Source: Candidatus Fusicatenibacter merdavium
GTDB taxonomy: Bacteria; Bacillota; Clostridia; Lachnospirales; Lachnospiraceae
NCBI GenBank assembly: GCA_019115005.1
Contig: DXEK01000137.1
Location: 1 to 62,612 of the forward strand
Length of the DNA stretch: 62,612 nucleotides
Reading direction: 5' to 3'
Shown here: positions 40,137 through 50,037 of the stretch, in pieces
How the letters are laid out: each line of letters opens with the position of its first letter
Position numbering within the stretch: position 1 is the first letter of the stretch
The notes under the pieces: model-generated
Seen by the model: only the letters and a program-made list of their open reading frames with translations
Databases searched by the model: none
What the model was told of the DNA's origin: nothing
Made by a program: the position numbers and the translations under genes

Positions 40137-41768
40137 ATGATTGCAGCCAATAACGTAACACTGAGAGTCGGAAAGAAAGCTCTTTTCGAGGACGTAAATA
40201 TTAAATTTACGGAAGGAAACTGCTACGGCCTGATCGGTGCCAACGGCGCGGGAAAGTCCACCTTCCTGAAGATTCTGTCAGGACAGCTTGAGCCGACGAA
40301 GGGCGATGTAACCATTACTCCGGGTCAGCGCCTTTCTTTCCTGGAGCAGGACCACTTCAAATACGACGCTTATCCGGTACTGGATACGGTGATCATGGGC
40401 AATGCCCGTCTCTATGAGATCATGAAGGAGAAAGAAGCACTCTACGCAAAAGAGGACTTCACGGATGAGGACGGAATCCGTGCCAGCGAGCTGGAGGGAG
40501 AGTTCGCCGAGATGAACGGCTGGGAGGCGGAGTCCGATGCGGAGCAGCTTCTCAACGGACTCGGGATCGAGAGCGAACTTCACTATTCCCTGATGAGTGA
40601 ACTGTCGGGAAGCCAGAAGGTCAAGGTGCTTCTCGCACGCGCGCTGTTCGGAAATCCGGACATCCTGCTGCTGGACGAGCCGACCAACCATCTGGACCTT
40701 GACGCGATCGACTGGCTGGAGGAATTCCTGATCAATTTCGACAATACGGTTATCGTTGTGTCCCACGACCGTTATTTCCTGAATAAGGTGTGTACACAGA
40801 TCGCAGACATCGATTACGGCAAGATCCAGTTGTATGCCGGAAACTATGATTTCTGGTTTGAATCCAGCCAGCTGCTGATCAAGCAGATGAAGGAAGCAAA
40901 CAAGAAAAAAGAAGAAAAAATCAAGGAACTGCAGGAGTTTATTTCCCGGTTCAGCGCCAACGCTTCCAAGAGCAAGCAGGCGACGTCCAGAAAACGTGCG
41001 CTGGAAAAGATCCAGTTGGATGAGATCAAACCGTCCAGCAGAAAGTATCCGTATATCGATTTCCGCCCGAACCGCGAGATCGGAAACGAGGTACTTCAGG
41101 TGGAGGGACTTTCCAAGACGGTGGATGGCGTGAAGATCCTGGATAATCTGACTTTCACCCTTGGCCGCGAGGACAAGGTGGCATTCGTCGGGAGCAACGA
41201 GCAGGCTGTGACGATGCTGTTCCGGATTCTGATGGGCGAGGAGGAGCCGGACGAGGGAACTTACAAGTGGGGCGTTACCACGAGCCAGGCATACTTCCCG
41301 AAGGACAACACAAAAGAGTTCGACAGCGACCTGACCATTGCCGACTGGCTGACCCAGTATTCTGAGAACAAGGATGTGACTTATGTGCGCGGATTCCTGG
41401 GACGGATGCTGTTTGCCGGCGAGGATGGTGTAAAACGCGTGCGTGTTCTGTCCGGAGGAGAGAAGGTGCGCTGCCTGCTGTCCAAAATGATGATTTCCGG
41501 AGCGAACATCCTTGTACTGGATGAGCCGACGAACCATCTCGACATGGAGTCGATCACAGCGCTGAACAACGGTCTGATCAAGTTCCCGGGTGTCCTGCTG
41601 TTTACCTGCCATGACCATCAGTTTGTACAGACAACAGCGAACCGGATCATGGAGATCCTTCCGAACGGACAGCTGATCGACAAGATCACGACTTATGACG
41701 AATATCTGGCCAGCGACGAGATGGCGAGAAAGAGACACGTTTACAATATGACGGAGGAGGACAACTGA
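40137..41768 (+). CDS. ABC-F ATPase (YbiT/YkpA-like)
   Basis: GANGAGKST, LLDEPTNHL twice, FSANASKSKQATSR. Confidence 0.92.
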   Translation: MIAANNVTLRVGKKALFEDVNIKFTEGNCYGLIGANGAGKSTFLKILSGQLEPTKGDVTITPGQRLSFLEQDHFKYDAYPVLDTVIMGNARLYEIMKEKEALYAKEDFTDEDGIRASELEGEFAEMNGWEAESDAEQLLNGLGIESELHYSLMSELSGSQKVKVLLARALFGNPDILLLDEPTNHLDLDAIDWLEEFLINFDNTVIVVSHDRYFLNKVCTQIADIDYGKIQLYAGNYDFWFESSQLLIKQMKEANKKKEEKIKELQEFISRFSANASKSKQATSRKRALEKIQLDEIKPSSRKYPYIDFRPNREIGNEVLQVEGLSKTVDGVKILDNLTFTLGREDKVAFVGSNEQAVTMLFRILMGEEEPDEGTYKWGVTTSQAYFPKDNTKEFDSDLTIADWLTQYSENKDVTYVRGFLGRMLFAGEDGVKRVRVLSGGEKVRCLLSKMMISGANILVLDEPTNHLDMESITALNNGLIKFPGVLLFTCHDHQFVQTTANRIMEILPNGQLIDKITTYDEYLASDEMARKRHVYNMTEEDN

Positions 41769-41770
41769 TA

Positions 41771-42694
41771 ATGAGAAGGCCGGCCCTGGTGATCATGGCT
41801 GCTGGGATGGGAAGCCGTTACGGCGGACTCAAGCAGCTGGATCCGGTGGACCCTGAGGGGCATATCATCATGGATTTTTCCATCTACGATGCGGTGCAGG
41901 CAGGGTTTGAAGAGGTAATTTTTATTATCAAGAGAGAAACTGAAAAAGAATTCCGCGAGAAGATCGGCGACCGGATCGCGCGTCATGTGAAGGTGCATTA
42001 CGTTTTCCAGGGGATCAGCGACCTGCCGGAGGGATTTTCCGTTCCGGAAGGCCGGGTGAAACCCTGGGGCACCGGCCACGCGGTGCTGAGTTGTATTTAT
42101 CAGACAGAAGCGCCGATCGCGGTGATCAACGCGGATGATTATTACGGAAAACAGGCGTTTTCGATGATCTATCAGTATCTGACGACCCATCAGGATGACG
42201 ACGGGACTTACCGCTACATGATGGTGGGATATGAACTGGAAAAGACACTGACCGAGAATGGTTCTGTGTCCAGAGGGATCTGCTCAATGGATGAGAACGG
42301 GTTCCTGACAGGGATCCGTGAGCGGGCCCATATTGAAAAAAGAGGGAACGGTGCGGCATATCTGGAGGAGGACGGAAAAACCTATACGGAACTGCCCCCG
42401 GAGACGACGGTCTCCATGAATATGTGGGGATTTTCCAACAGTATTCTGGATGAACTGCAGGCGCGTTTTCCGGTATTCCTGAAAAAAGGGCTCGCTTCGG
42501 ATCCTCTGACATGCGAGTATTTTCTGCCCTCTGTGATCGAAGAACTTCTGGAGGAGAGAAAGGCCACGGTACAGGTGTGTAAATCGCCGGATCAGTGGTA
42601 CGGAGTTACATACCGGGAGGATAAGCCGGTCGTCGTGGAGGCTGTGCGCAGAATGAAACAGGAGGGACTTTATCCGGAGAGATTTCTGGATTAG
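41771..42694 (+). CDS. Sugar-phosphate nucleotidyltransferase family
   Basis: MAAGMGSRYGGLKQ, KPWGTGHA, NADDYY. Confidence 0.88.
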   Translation: MRRPALVIMAAGMGSRYGGLKQLDPVDPEGHIIMDFSIYDAVQAGFEEVIFIIKRETEKEFREKIGDRIARHVKVHYVFQGISDLPEGFSVPEGRVKPWGTGHAVLSCIYQTEAPIAVINADDYYGKQAFSMIYQYLTTHQDDDGTYRYMMVGYELEKTLTENGSVSRGICSMDENGFLTGIRERAHIEKRGNGAAYLEEDGKTYTELPPETTVSMNMWGFSNSILDELQARFPVFLKKGLASDPLTCEYFLPSVIEELLEERKATVQVCKSPDQWYGVTYREDKPVVVEAVRRMKQEGLYPERFLD

Positions 42695-42769
42695 CAGGGC
42701 GTCTGTGCAGATGGGCAAGTGCCGTCTGCAGGGCGCCTGAAATTGATTTAAAAAGGACGAGGAGAAGAC

Positions 42770-45091
42770 ATGAGCAGAAAATCAACCGTTGCCGGCATCG
42801 CGATGATCCTGATGGTGCTGGCGACCATTCCGTTTTTGGGGAGCGATAACGTTCCCTTTTTAAAATGGTGGATCATGATTCTGATTATCGGAATCGGCTT
42901 CTATCCGGTGACAGCGTCTCTGTTTGCGGCCTATACCGACCGCGGATGGCTGTTTTCCAAGGTGTTCGGCGTCGCAGTCAGCGGCTTTGCAGTCTTTGCC
43001 CTGACAGTTTGCGGGGTGACGGAATTTGTCGGCTGGGTGTGTATTGCCGCGACGCTGATCTGTTTTCTGGTCTGCTGGATCTACGGATTTAAGAGAGTGA
43101 AGGTGGAAATGCCGGATATGGATCTGATCTTTGAGGAAGAGGCGCTGTTTCTGTTTTTCTTCCTGCTTTGGACCTATCTGGCAGGGTTCCATCCGGAAGC
43201 CCATGGAACGGAAAAGTTTATGGACTTCGGTTTCATGGAAGCGATGATGCGCAGCACCACTCTTCCCGCAAAAGATATCTGGTACGGCACGGACGGGATC
43301 AATTACTATTACGGCGGACAGTACTATGCGGTTTTCCTGACCAAGCTTTCTTTCACGGATGTGAAACAGACGTATAATCTGATGAGAACGCTGGTGGCTG
43401 CCTTCGCGTTTGTCCTGCCGTTCTCGATCTGCTATCAGATGATCAGTTCAAGGATCCTGCAGCGGCGCAGGAAAAAGAAACTGTCTCCGGTGATCGGCGG
43501 ACTTTTGTCCGGCGCGGCGGTTTCCCTGGCCGGAAATATGCATTATGTAGTTTATGGCTGCATCGGGAAATGGCTGGGCTGGGAGAGCGCGGCGGACTAC
43601 TGGTTCCCGGATTCTACCCGTTATATCGGATATAATCCGGTGGTGGAAAATGACAAAACAATCCATGAATTCCCGGCCTATTCTTTTGTGTTGGGGGATC
43701 TCCATGCGCATGTGGTCAATGTGATGTTTGTACTTTTCGTGATTGGCGGCGTCTACGCCTATGTCCGGAGAGTGCAGGAAGAGAACGCAGGCGAAGGAAA
43801 GTGGAACGCGAAAGAGATCCTGCTGCAGCCGCATCTGATCCTGCTGGCATTTTTCATCGGAATCTTCCACTGGACCAATTACTGGGATTTTGTGATCTAC
43901 TTTGTCGTCGTGTGCTGTGGAGCACTCTACGGGGCTCTGTACCGGTACAGATGCAAGGCAAAGCAGGTGGTGTCCGCCGTGCTTGTCCAGGCGGTGGAAG
44001 TCTTTGTGATCGGAACAGTGGCTGCGCTGCCGTTTACGATCTCTTTTGAGACGATGGTGTCCGGCGTCGCGCTGGCGCAGCGCCATTCTATGCTGTACCA
44101 GCTTGCGATCCTCTGGGGTCTGCCGGTCTGCCTGGTGGTTTTGTTCGTGGCAGCGGTGCTTCTCACCTGGAAACGGGTTGAGGCGCCGGCGGGCGCGGAG
44201 ACCGACAGTCTGGAGAAGGGCAGGCACGATGCGTTTTTCAGAGAGATGGAGGAGAATGCTGTCAGTGAAGAAAAGAGAGAGGCGCTTGAGCAGGAGCGGA
44301 GAGCCCTGCCGTTTCGCGAATTCTGGGCGAGGGCGCCGCTCAGCGATATCTTTGCGGGAATCCTCGGAATCTGTGCCATCGGGCTTGTCGTGATCCCGGA
44401 AATTGTCTACGTCCGGGATATCTACGAGGAATACTATGCGCGGTCCAACACGATGTTCAAGCTGACGTATCAGGCGTTTATTATGTTCGGGATCGTCATG
44501 GGCTATATTATTGTGCGTTTCCTGACTTGGAAGAAAGAGCACATCATTAAGGTGTTCGGCGCTGCGGGACTCGTATGTCTTCTCTGGACCTGCGGATATT
44601 TCGGCACGGCGGTGTACTCCTGGTTTGGAAATGTTCTGGATCCGTCGGAATACCGGGGACTGGATGCGACTGCTTATCTGGAAAATGTCTTTCCGGAGGA
44701 CGCGTCTGCGATCCGATGGCTGGACGAGAACATCGAGGGACAGCCCATTGTTTTGGAGGCCAATGGCGACAGCTACAGTGATTATGAGCGGGTGTCTGCG
44801 ATGACAGGGCTGCCGACAGTTCTGGGCTGGTATGTCCATGAGTGGCTATGGAGAGGCGATACGTTGGATCTGAATACCCGCGCGGCGGATGTGGAGCAGA
44901 TTTATACTTCCGCGGACGTCAGCCTGGTGGAAAAACTCCTGAAGGAATACGATGTATCTTATATTTTTGTGGGAGCCAAGGAACGGGAAAAGTATGATGC
45001 GTTGAACGAGACGACGCTGCTGCAGGTAGGAAAGATCGTGTATCAGGACGAACAGACCGGGACCTATATTCTGAAAGTGAACCAGTCATAA
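42770..45091 (+). CDS. DUF2298-like (YYY) multi-TM membrane protein
   Basis: EKFMD, INYYYGG, TIHEFP, DLHAH, NYWD, FKL.YQ, GW.VHE.LWR. Confidence 0.8.
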   Translation: MSRKSTVAGIAMILMVLATIPFLGSDNVPFLKWWIMILIIGIGFYPVTASLFAAYTDRGWLFSKVFGVAVSGFAVFALTVCGVTEFVGWVCIAATLICFLVCWIYGFKRVKVEMPDMDLIFEEEALFLFFFLLWTYLAGFHPEAHGTEKFMDFGFMEAMMRSTTLPAKDIWYGTDGINYYYGGQYYAVFLTKLSFTDVKQTYNLMRTLVAAFAFVLPFSICYQMISSRILQRRRKKKLSPVIGGLLSGAAVSLAGNMHYVVYGCIGKWLGWESAADYWFPDSTRYIGYNPVVENDKTIHEFPAYSFVLGDLHAHVVNVMFVLFVIGGVYAYVRRVQEENAGEGKWNAKEILLQPHLILLAFFIGIFHWTNYWDFVIYFVVVCCGALYGALYRYRCKAKQVVSAVLVQAVEVFVIGTVAALPFTISFETMVSGVALAQRHSMLYQLAILWGLPVCLVVLFVAAVLLTWKRVEAPAGAETDSLEKGRHDAFFREMEENAVSEEKREALEQERRALPFREFWARAPLSDIFAGILGICAIGLVVIPEIVYVRDIYEEYYARSNTMFKLTYQAFIMFGIVMGYIIVRFLTWKKEHIIKVFGAAGLVCLLWTCGYFGTAVYSWFGNVLDPSEYRGLDATAYLENVFPEDASAIRWLDENIEGQPIVLEANGDSYSDYERVSAMTGLPTVLGWYVHEWLWRGDTLDLNTRAADVEQIYTSADVSLVEKLLKEYDVSYIFVGAKEREKYDALNETTLLQVGKIVYQDEQTGTYILKVNQS

Positions 45092-45118
45092 AAAATAATT
45101 TGCGCTGTCTGTGCGGCG

Positions 45119-45184
45119 AAAACGGCCGTGTGACCCGGTGAGAAAGCGAAAAGCTTTGGATTCCGGATCACACGGCCGTTTTTG
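45119..45184. terminator. Long hairpin / bidirectional terminator
   Basis: AAAACGGCCGTGTGA...TCACACGGCCGTTTT. Confidence 0.6.
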
Positions 45185-45360
45185 GTTCTGCTGGGAGGTC
45201 CTTTGGATTTGCCGCGCGGGAGAAATGCCTTCGTATAGTTTTCGGGTTCCGTTCATATAATAGGAAAAAGCAAAAGGCAGAAAGCCGTCCGTGCCTGCTC
45301 CGGTCAGAAAATGAGGATCTTCGGGGGCCGGCTGTCGGACGGTTCTGGAGGCAGGTGCCG

Positions 45361-46119
45361 ATGTCTGGGCCATTGAAACGGTTCGTGTTTTTGTTTTGCA
45401 GTCTCGGTATTATGTTTCTGGCCGGATGGGAGGCCGCGACGGTAAAAAGTTCCCTGCGGGAAACGACACAGGAAAATCCAGGGGCAGATGTGGAGATCAT
45501 CCGTGAGGACGCCGGCGGGAGCAGTGATACCGCACAGGAGGGGGCCGGACAGAACGACGGGGAACAGCCGAGAGTGGCGCTTACCTTTGACGACGGGCCC
45601 AACAGCGCGTTCACAGAGCTTCTTCTGGACGGACTGAAGGAGCGCGGTGTGAAGGCGACTTTTTTCCTTCTGGGACAGAATCTCGAGGGAAATGAAGCGA
45701 TCGTCCGAAGAATGCAGGAGGAAGGGCACCTGATCGGAAATCATACATATCACCACGTCAGGATCTCTAGGATCAGTGAGGCGGAAGCACTGGAAGAGAT
45801 CGAGAGCACCAGCAATGCGATCTATCAACTGACGGGGGTGTACACTTCCTTTGTCCGCCCGCCGTATGGAGAGTGGAAGAAGGGGCTGGATTTCCATGTG
45901 ACGATGATCCCGGTGCTTTGGACGATCGATTCCCGGGACTGGGTGACACAGGATGTCGGCCAGATCCTGAACGCGGTGCTTCCGTCGGTAGAGGATGGGA
46001 GCATTATACTCATGCATGACGAGTTTGCAGAGTCGGTGGAGGCGGCTCTTCAGATCGTGGATACACTGCTGGAAGAAGGGTATTGCTTTGTGACGGCCGA
46101 CGATTTGCTTTTGGAATGA
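45361..46119 (+). CDS. Polysaccharide deacetylase (CE4), exported
   Basis: TFDDGP, GNHTYHH, RPPYG, ILMHD. Confidence 0.92.
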   Translation: MSGPLKRFVFLFCSLGIMFLAGWEAATVKSSLRETTQENPGADVEIIREDAGGSSDTAQEGAGQNDGEQPRVALTFDDGPNSAFTELLLDGLKERGVKATFFLLGQNLEGNEAIVRRMQEEGHLIGNHTYHHVRISRISEAEALEEIESTSNAIYQLTGVYTSFVRPPYGEWKKGLDFHVTMIPVLWTIDSRDWVTQDVGQILNAVLPSVEDGSIILMHDEFAESVEAALQIVDTLLEEGYCFVTADDLLLE

Positions 46120-46144
46120 AAGTGTGATAAAGTGATGACGGTAT

Positions 46145-46206
46145 GCAACAGTTTCGTTGGCCGAACAGTTACGGTCGTATCGGACGGAAACATACGGAAC
46201 TGTTAC
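46145..46206. repeat. 11-6-11 palindrome plus half site
   Basis: GCAACAGTTTC-GTTGGC-CGAACAGTTAC; GGAACTGTTAC at 46196. Confidence 0.6.
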
Positions 46207-46275
46207 GAGATGCGGATCATTGCAGGAGGAAAGCCGGAACATAGGGGAAACCGACGGTTTCGGGAAGACAGAGAG

Positions 46276-47607
46276 ATGAATTTATTTGATTATATGAAAG
46301 AGACGACAATGGAAAAAGAGTCCCCGCTGGCTTCACGGATGCGTCCGAGAACGCTGGAGGAGGTAGTGGGGCAGGAGCATATCATTGGGAAAGGCTGTCT
46401 GTTGTATCGGGCAATCAAGGCAGATAAGCTGAGTTCCATTATTTTTTATGGCCCTCCGGGTACCGGAAAGACAACGCTGGCGAAGGTGATTGCCAACACG
46501 ACAAGCGCTGATTTTCGTCAGTTGAACGCGACCACAGCGGGGAAGAAGGATATGGAGGAGGCAGTGAGGCAGGCGCAGGATCAGCTGGGAATGTACGGAA
46601 AGAAGACGATTCTGTTTATCGACGAGATCCATCGTTTCAACAAAGGCCAGCAGGATTATCTCCTTCCTTTTGTGGAGGACGGAACGGTGATCCTGATCGG
46701 CGCAACCACAGAAAATCCATATTTTGAAGTGAACGGGGCATTGCTTTCCCGTTCGGTGATCTTTGAACTGAAGCCGCTTGGAAAAAAGGACATTGAGACT
46801 CTGCTGACCCGTGCAGTCACAGACAGAGCGCGCGGTCTCGGGGCATATGACGTAGTTCTGGACGACGATGCCAGGGAATTTCTGGCGGATATCGCAGGCG
46901 GCGACGCCAGAGCAGCGCTGAATGCTGTGGAGCTGGGGGTATTGTCCACAGAGAGAAGCGCTGATGGGAAAATACACATCGATCTGGAAACGGCTTCTGA
47001 GTGTATCCAGAAGCGGGTGGTGCGCTATGACAAAGGAGGAGATCAGCATTACGATACGATCTCCGCATTTATTAAGAGTATGCGCGGATCCGATCCGGAC
47101 GCGGCGGTATTTTATCTTGCGAAAATGCTGTATGCCGGGGAGGACATCAAGTTTATCGCCCGGAGGATCATGATCTGTGCGGCGGAAGATGTGGGACTGG
47201 CCGATCCCCAGGCGCTGAATGTTGCGGTGTCCGCCTCCCTGGCGGTCGAGCGGCTCGGACTTCCCGAGGCGAGGATTGTGCTCTCAGAGGCGGCGATGTA
47301 CGTGGCCTGCGCGCCGAAGAGTAATTCTGCGATCCGGGCCATTGACGAGGCGTCCCGGTGCGTAGCGGAAGTGAAGACGACAGTGCCGTCACATCTGCAG
47401 GATGCGCATTATAAGGGCGCGGCGAAGCTGGGGCATGGAAAAGGTTATCTGTATGCCCACGATTACCCGATGCATTATGTGAGCCAACAGTATCTTCCGG
47501 ATGAGGTGGCGGACCGTAAATTTTATCACCCCTCAGAAAACGGCTATGAGCAGAAGATCAGAGAGCACATTAAGGAGTTGAACGAAAGTTTCAGGTCAGG
47601 CAGCTGA
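46276..47607 (+). CDS. rarA: Replication-associated recombination protein A
   Basis: PLASRMRP, GPPGTGKTT, FIDEIHRFNK, ATTENP, SAFIKSMRGSD. Confidence 0.95.
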   Translation: MNLFDYMKETTMEKESPLASRMRPRTLEEVVGQEHIIGKGCLLYRAIKADKLSSIIFYGPPGTGKTTLAKVIANTTSADFRQLNATTAGKKDMEEAVRQAQDQLGMYGKKTILFIDEIHRFNKGQQDYLLPFVEDGTVILIGATTENPYFEVNGALLSRSVIFELKPLGKKDIETLLTRAVTDRARGLGAYDVVLDDDAREFLADIAGGDARAALNAVELGVLSTERSADGKIHIDLETASECIQKRVVRYDKGGDQHYDTISAFIKSMRGSDPDAAVFYLAKMLYAGEDIKFIARRIMICAAEDVGLADPQALNVAVSASLAVERLGLPEARIVLSEAAMYVACAPKSNSAIRAIDEASRCVAEVKTTVPSHLQDAHYKGAAKLGHGKGYLYAHDYPMHYVSQQYLPDEVADRKFYHPSENGYEQKIREHIKELNESFRSGS

Positions 47608-47615
47608 ACTGTAAC
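47588..47615. repeat. 11-6-11 palindrome containing the rarA stop
   Basis: GTTTCAGGTCA-GGCAGC-TGAACTGTAAC. Confidence 0.65.
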
Positions 47616-47644
47616 CTGCAGAATGTAGTTTCTGTGCGAGAATA

Positions 47645-47696
47645 TTGACAAAGATTTTCCCTGGTGTTAGAATGAAAGAAGTTAGAAAAAGCTAAC
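47645..47696 (+). promoter_or_regulatory. Promoter with GTTAG-N6-CTAAC operator
   Basis: TTGACA-17-TAGAAT, then GTTAGAAAAAGCTAAC at 47681. Confidence 0.7.
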
Positions 47697-47730
47697 TGAA
47701 TGTAAGGCGAGAACAAGGGAGGGATCGATT

Positions 47731-48102
47731 ATGGGAACAGCGATCGTATTGCTGATATTGGTGGTGGTCGTTATTTTCAGTATTCGTGGTTATTTAAAGA
47801 AGACAAGATATGGCTGCTGCGGTTCCGGAGGCGGTGAGCAGAAGGTAAAACCGGATGACAGAAATCCGGCGCATTATCCCTATGAATATGAAGTCGGTGT
47901 GGACAACATGAAGTGTCAGAACTGTGCGATCCGGGTAGAAAACGCGTTTCATGAAAGAGATGGGTTCCTTGCGAAGGTCAATCTCAAGGAAAAACGTGCG
48001 GTGGTCCACTCCAAACGTCCGGTGACGGAGGACGAGATCCGAGAGATTATCCGAAAGAGCGGATATTCCGTGCGCTCTGTGGAAGAACGGAAAGCTGGCT
48101 GA
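47731..48102 (+). CDS. TM/CCG N-terminus fused to an HMA metal-binding domain
   Basis: N-terminal TM, GCCG, MKCQNC HMA motif. Confidence 0.85.
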   Translation: MGTAIVLLILVVVVIFSIRGYLKKTRYGCCGSGGGEQKVKPDDRNPAHYPYEYEVGVDNMKCQNCAIRVENAFHERDGFLAKVNLKEKRAVVHSKRPVTEDEIREIIRKSGYSVRSVEERKAG

Positions 48103-48350
48103 ACTTGTATACACGGTGCGGGTAATGCATTCGAGGAAAACAGAAGATTTTAACAGAACAGGCGTCATACATTTTTGTACAGGCGCCTGCCTTTTGCATC
48201 TTTTTTTTATTTAAAAAAGAAAAAATTTTCACTAAAAAATATATTGAAAAAAATTTCCGCAAATGGTATAGTATCTTCGGTGCCGCAGTTCGGACGGATC
48301 TGCACATTTACTGCGCAGACCATAAGAGAAATAGGAAAGGAAGCGGAAGA

Positions 48351-49208
48351 GTGGAACAGAATCACTTCATTCAGAGTATAGAGGAAACGTATCATACCCT
48401 GACAAAGGCGGAAAAGAAAGTGGCGGATTATGTTCTTCAGAATTCCCGGCAGGTCCTGTTCTTGTCGATCACAGATCTGGCAGATGCATGCCAGGTGGGG
48501 GAGACGAGCGTTTACCGTTTTTGCCGGAGCATGAATATGCAGGGATATCAGGAATTTAAAATGCAGCTCTCTCTGGGGATGACGGAAACTCCGGAGCAGG
48601 AAAAACTGTCCGAGAGCAATGAACTCCTGGGAGATACGCTGAAAGAGACGGCGGAAAAGATTATGCAGTCTCATCTGAGCGCACTTCGCGAGACATACTG
48701 TCTCCTGAAACAGGAGGAACTGGAACTTTTTCTGGAAAAGATCGATAAGGCAAAGAGAGTATTCTTTTTCGGAATCGGAGACAGTCTTCTGATCGCCCAG
48801 GAGGCATGCCATAAATTCGCCAGCATTACAGGGAAAGCCTACTGTATTAGCGATCCCCACATGCAGGTGATCGCGGCGTCTTCCATGACTGCGGATGATT
48901 TCGCCGTCATGATCTCCTATTCCGGAGCCACAAAGGACAATATCTGTACAGCCAAGACCGCGAAGCAGGAAGGCGCTTCGGTCGGATGTATCACCCGCTT
49001 TCGGAAATCTCCGCTGACTGCTTACAGTGATGTGACGCTGCTCTGCGGCGCAGCGGAAGGGCCGATGGACGGCGGTTCCGTCTCGGCAAAAGTCAGTCAA
49101 CTTTACCTGATCGATCTGCTGTATCAGGAATATTATACGAGACATTATGAATCCTGCAGAAAAACGAGGGAAAAAGTTTCCCGTGCGATCGTGGAAAAAA
49201 TTTTTTAA
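48351..49208 (+). CDS. RpiR/MurR family regulator
   Basis: LTKAEKKVADY HTH; SIS domain FFGIGDS, ISYSG. Confidence 0.92.
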   Translation: MEQNHFIQSIEETYHTLTKAEKKVADYVLQNSRQVLFLSITDLADACQVGETSVYRFCRSMNMQGYQEFKMQLSLGMTETPEQEKLSESNELLGDTLKETAEKIMQSHLSALRETYCLLKQEELELFLEKIDKAKRVFFFGIGDSLLIAQEACHKFASITGKAYCISDPHMQVIAASSMTADDFAVMISYSGATKDNICTAKTAKQEGASVGCITRFRKSPLTAYSDVTLLCGAAEGPMDGGSVSAKVSQLYLIDLLYQEYYTRHYESCRKTREKVSRAIVEKIF

Positions 49209-49222
49209 TGAGGAGAAGGGTT

Positions 49223-49948
49223 ATGAGGATTATCAGAACAAAAGATTATGAAGATATGAGCAGAAAAGCAGCAAATCTTATTTCTGCGGTGATGACGATG
49301 AAACCGGACTGTGTCCTGGGACTGGCGACCGGCTCTTCGCCGGTGGGAACATATCGCCATCTGATCCGGAGGTATGAAAACGGGGATCTGGACTTTTCCC
49401 GGGTCACGACAGTGAACCTGGATGAATATAAAGGATTGGACAGAGAGAACCCGCAGAGTTATTACTATTTCATGAGGGAAAATCTGTTTTCGCATGTGAA
49501 CATTGACCCGGAACGTACCTTCCTTCCCGACGGCACAGAGCAGGACAGCGAGAAGGCGTGCAGCGCATACAACGAGATCCTGCACAGAGCCGGCCGGGCG
49601 GACCTCCAGCTTCTGGGGATCGGGCATGACGGCCATATCGGCTTTAACGAACCGTCCGATACGTTTGCGAAAGAGACACACTGCGTCGATCTGACGGATA
49701 TGACCATCGAGGCCAACGCGCGGTTTTTCTCCAGCCGCGAAGAAGTACCGACCCAGGCGTATACCATGGGAATCCGGACGATCATGTCTGCAAAAAGGGT
49801 TCTGATGGTTGCCAGCGGCGCAGACAAAGCAAAGATTCTCCGGGAAGCTTTCTGCGGCCCGGTAACTCCCCGGGTACCTGCCTCGATCCTCCAGTTCCAT
49901 CCGGATTTTGTCCTGGTGGCGGACGAGTCTGCTCTCTCGGAAATGTAA
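49223..49948 (+). CDS. nagB: Glucosamine-6-phosphate deaminase
   Basis: LGLATGSSP, NLDEY, LGIGHDGHIGFNEP. Confidence 0.95.
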   Translation: MRIIRTKDYEDMSRKAANLISAVMTMKPDCVLGLATGSSPVGTYRHLIRRYENGDLDFSRVTTVNLDEYKGLDRENPQSYYYFMRENLFSHVNIDPERTFLPDGTEQDSEKACSAYNEILHRAGRADLQLLGIGHDGHIGFNEPSDTFAKETHCVDLTDMTIEANARFFSSREEVPTQAYTMGIRTIMSAKRVLMVASGADKAKILREAFCGPVTPRVPASILQFHPDFVLVADESALSEM

Positions 49949-49951
49949 ATG

Positions 49952-49984
49952 GAAGCCCCGCGGTTTACGGACCTGCGGGGCTTC
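49952..49984. terminator. Terminator-like hairpin between convergent genes
   Basis: GAAGCCCCGCGG/CCTGCGGGGCTTC. Confidence 0.6.
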
Positions 49985-50037
49985 TGGCTTTTCCGAAAAT
50001 AACGGTCTGCGGGTGATCCTCTGTGAGCTCTTTCCGG

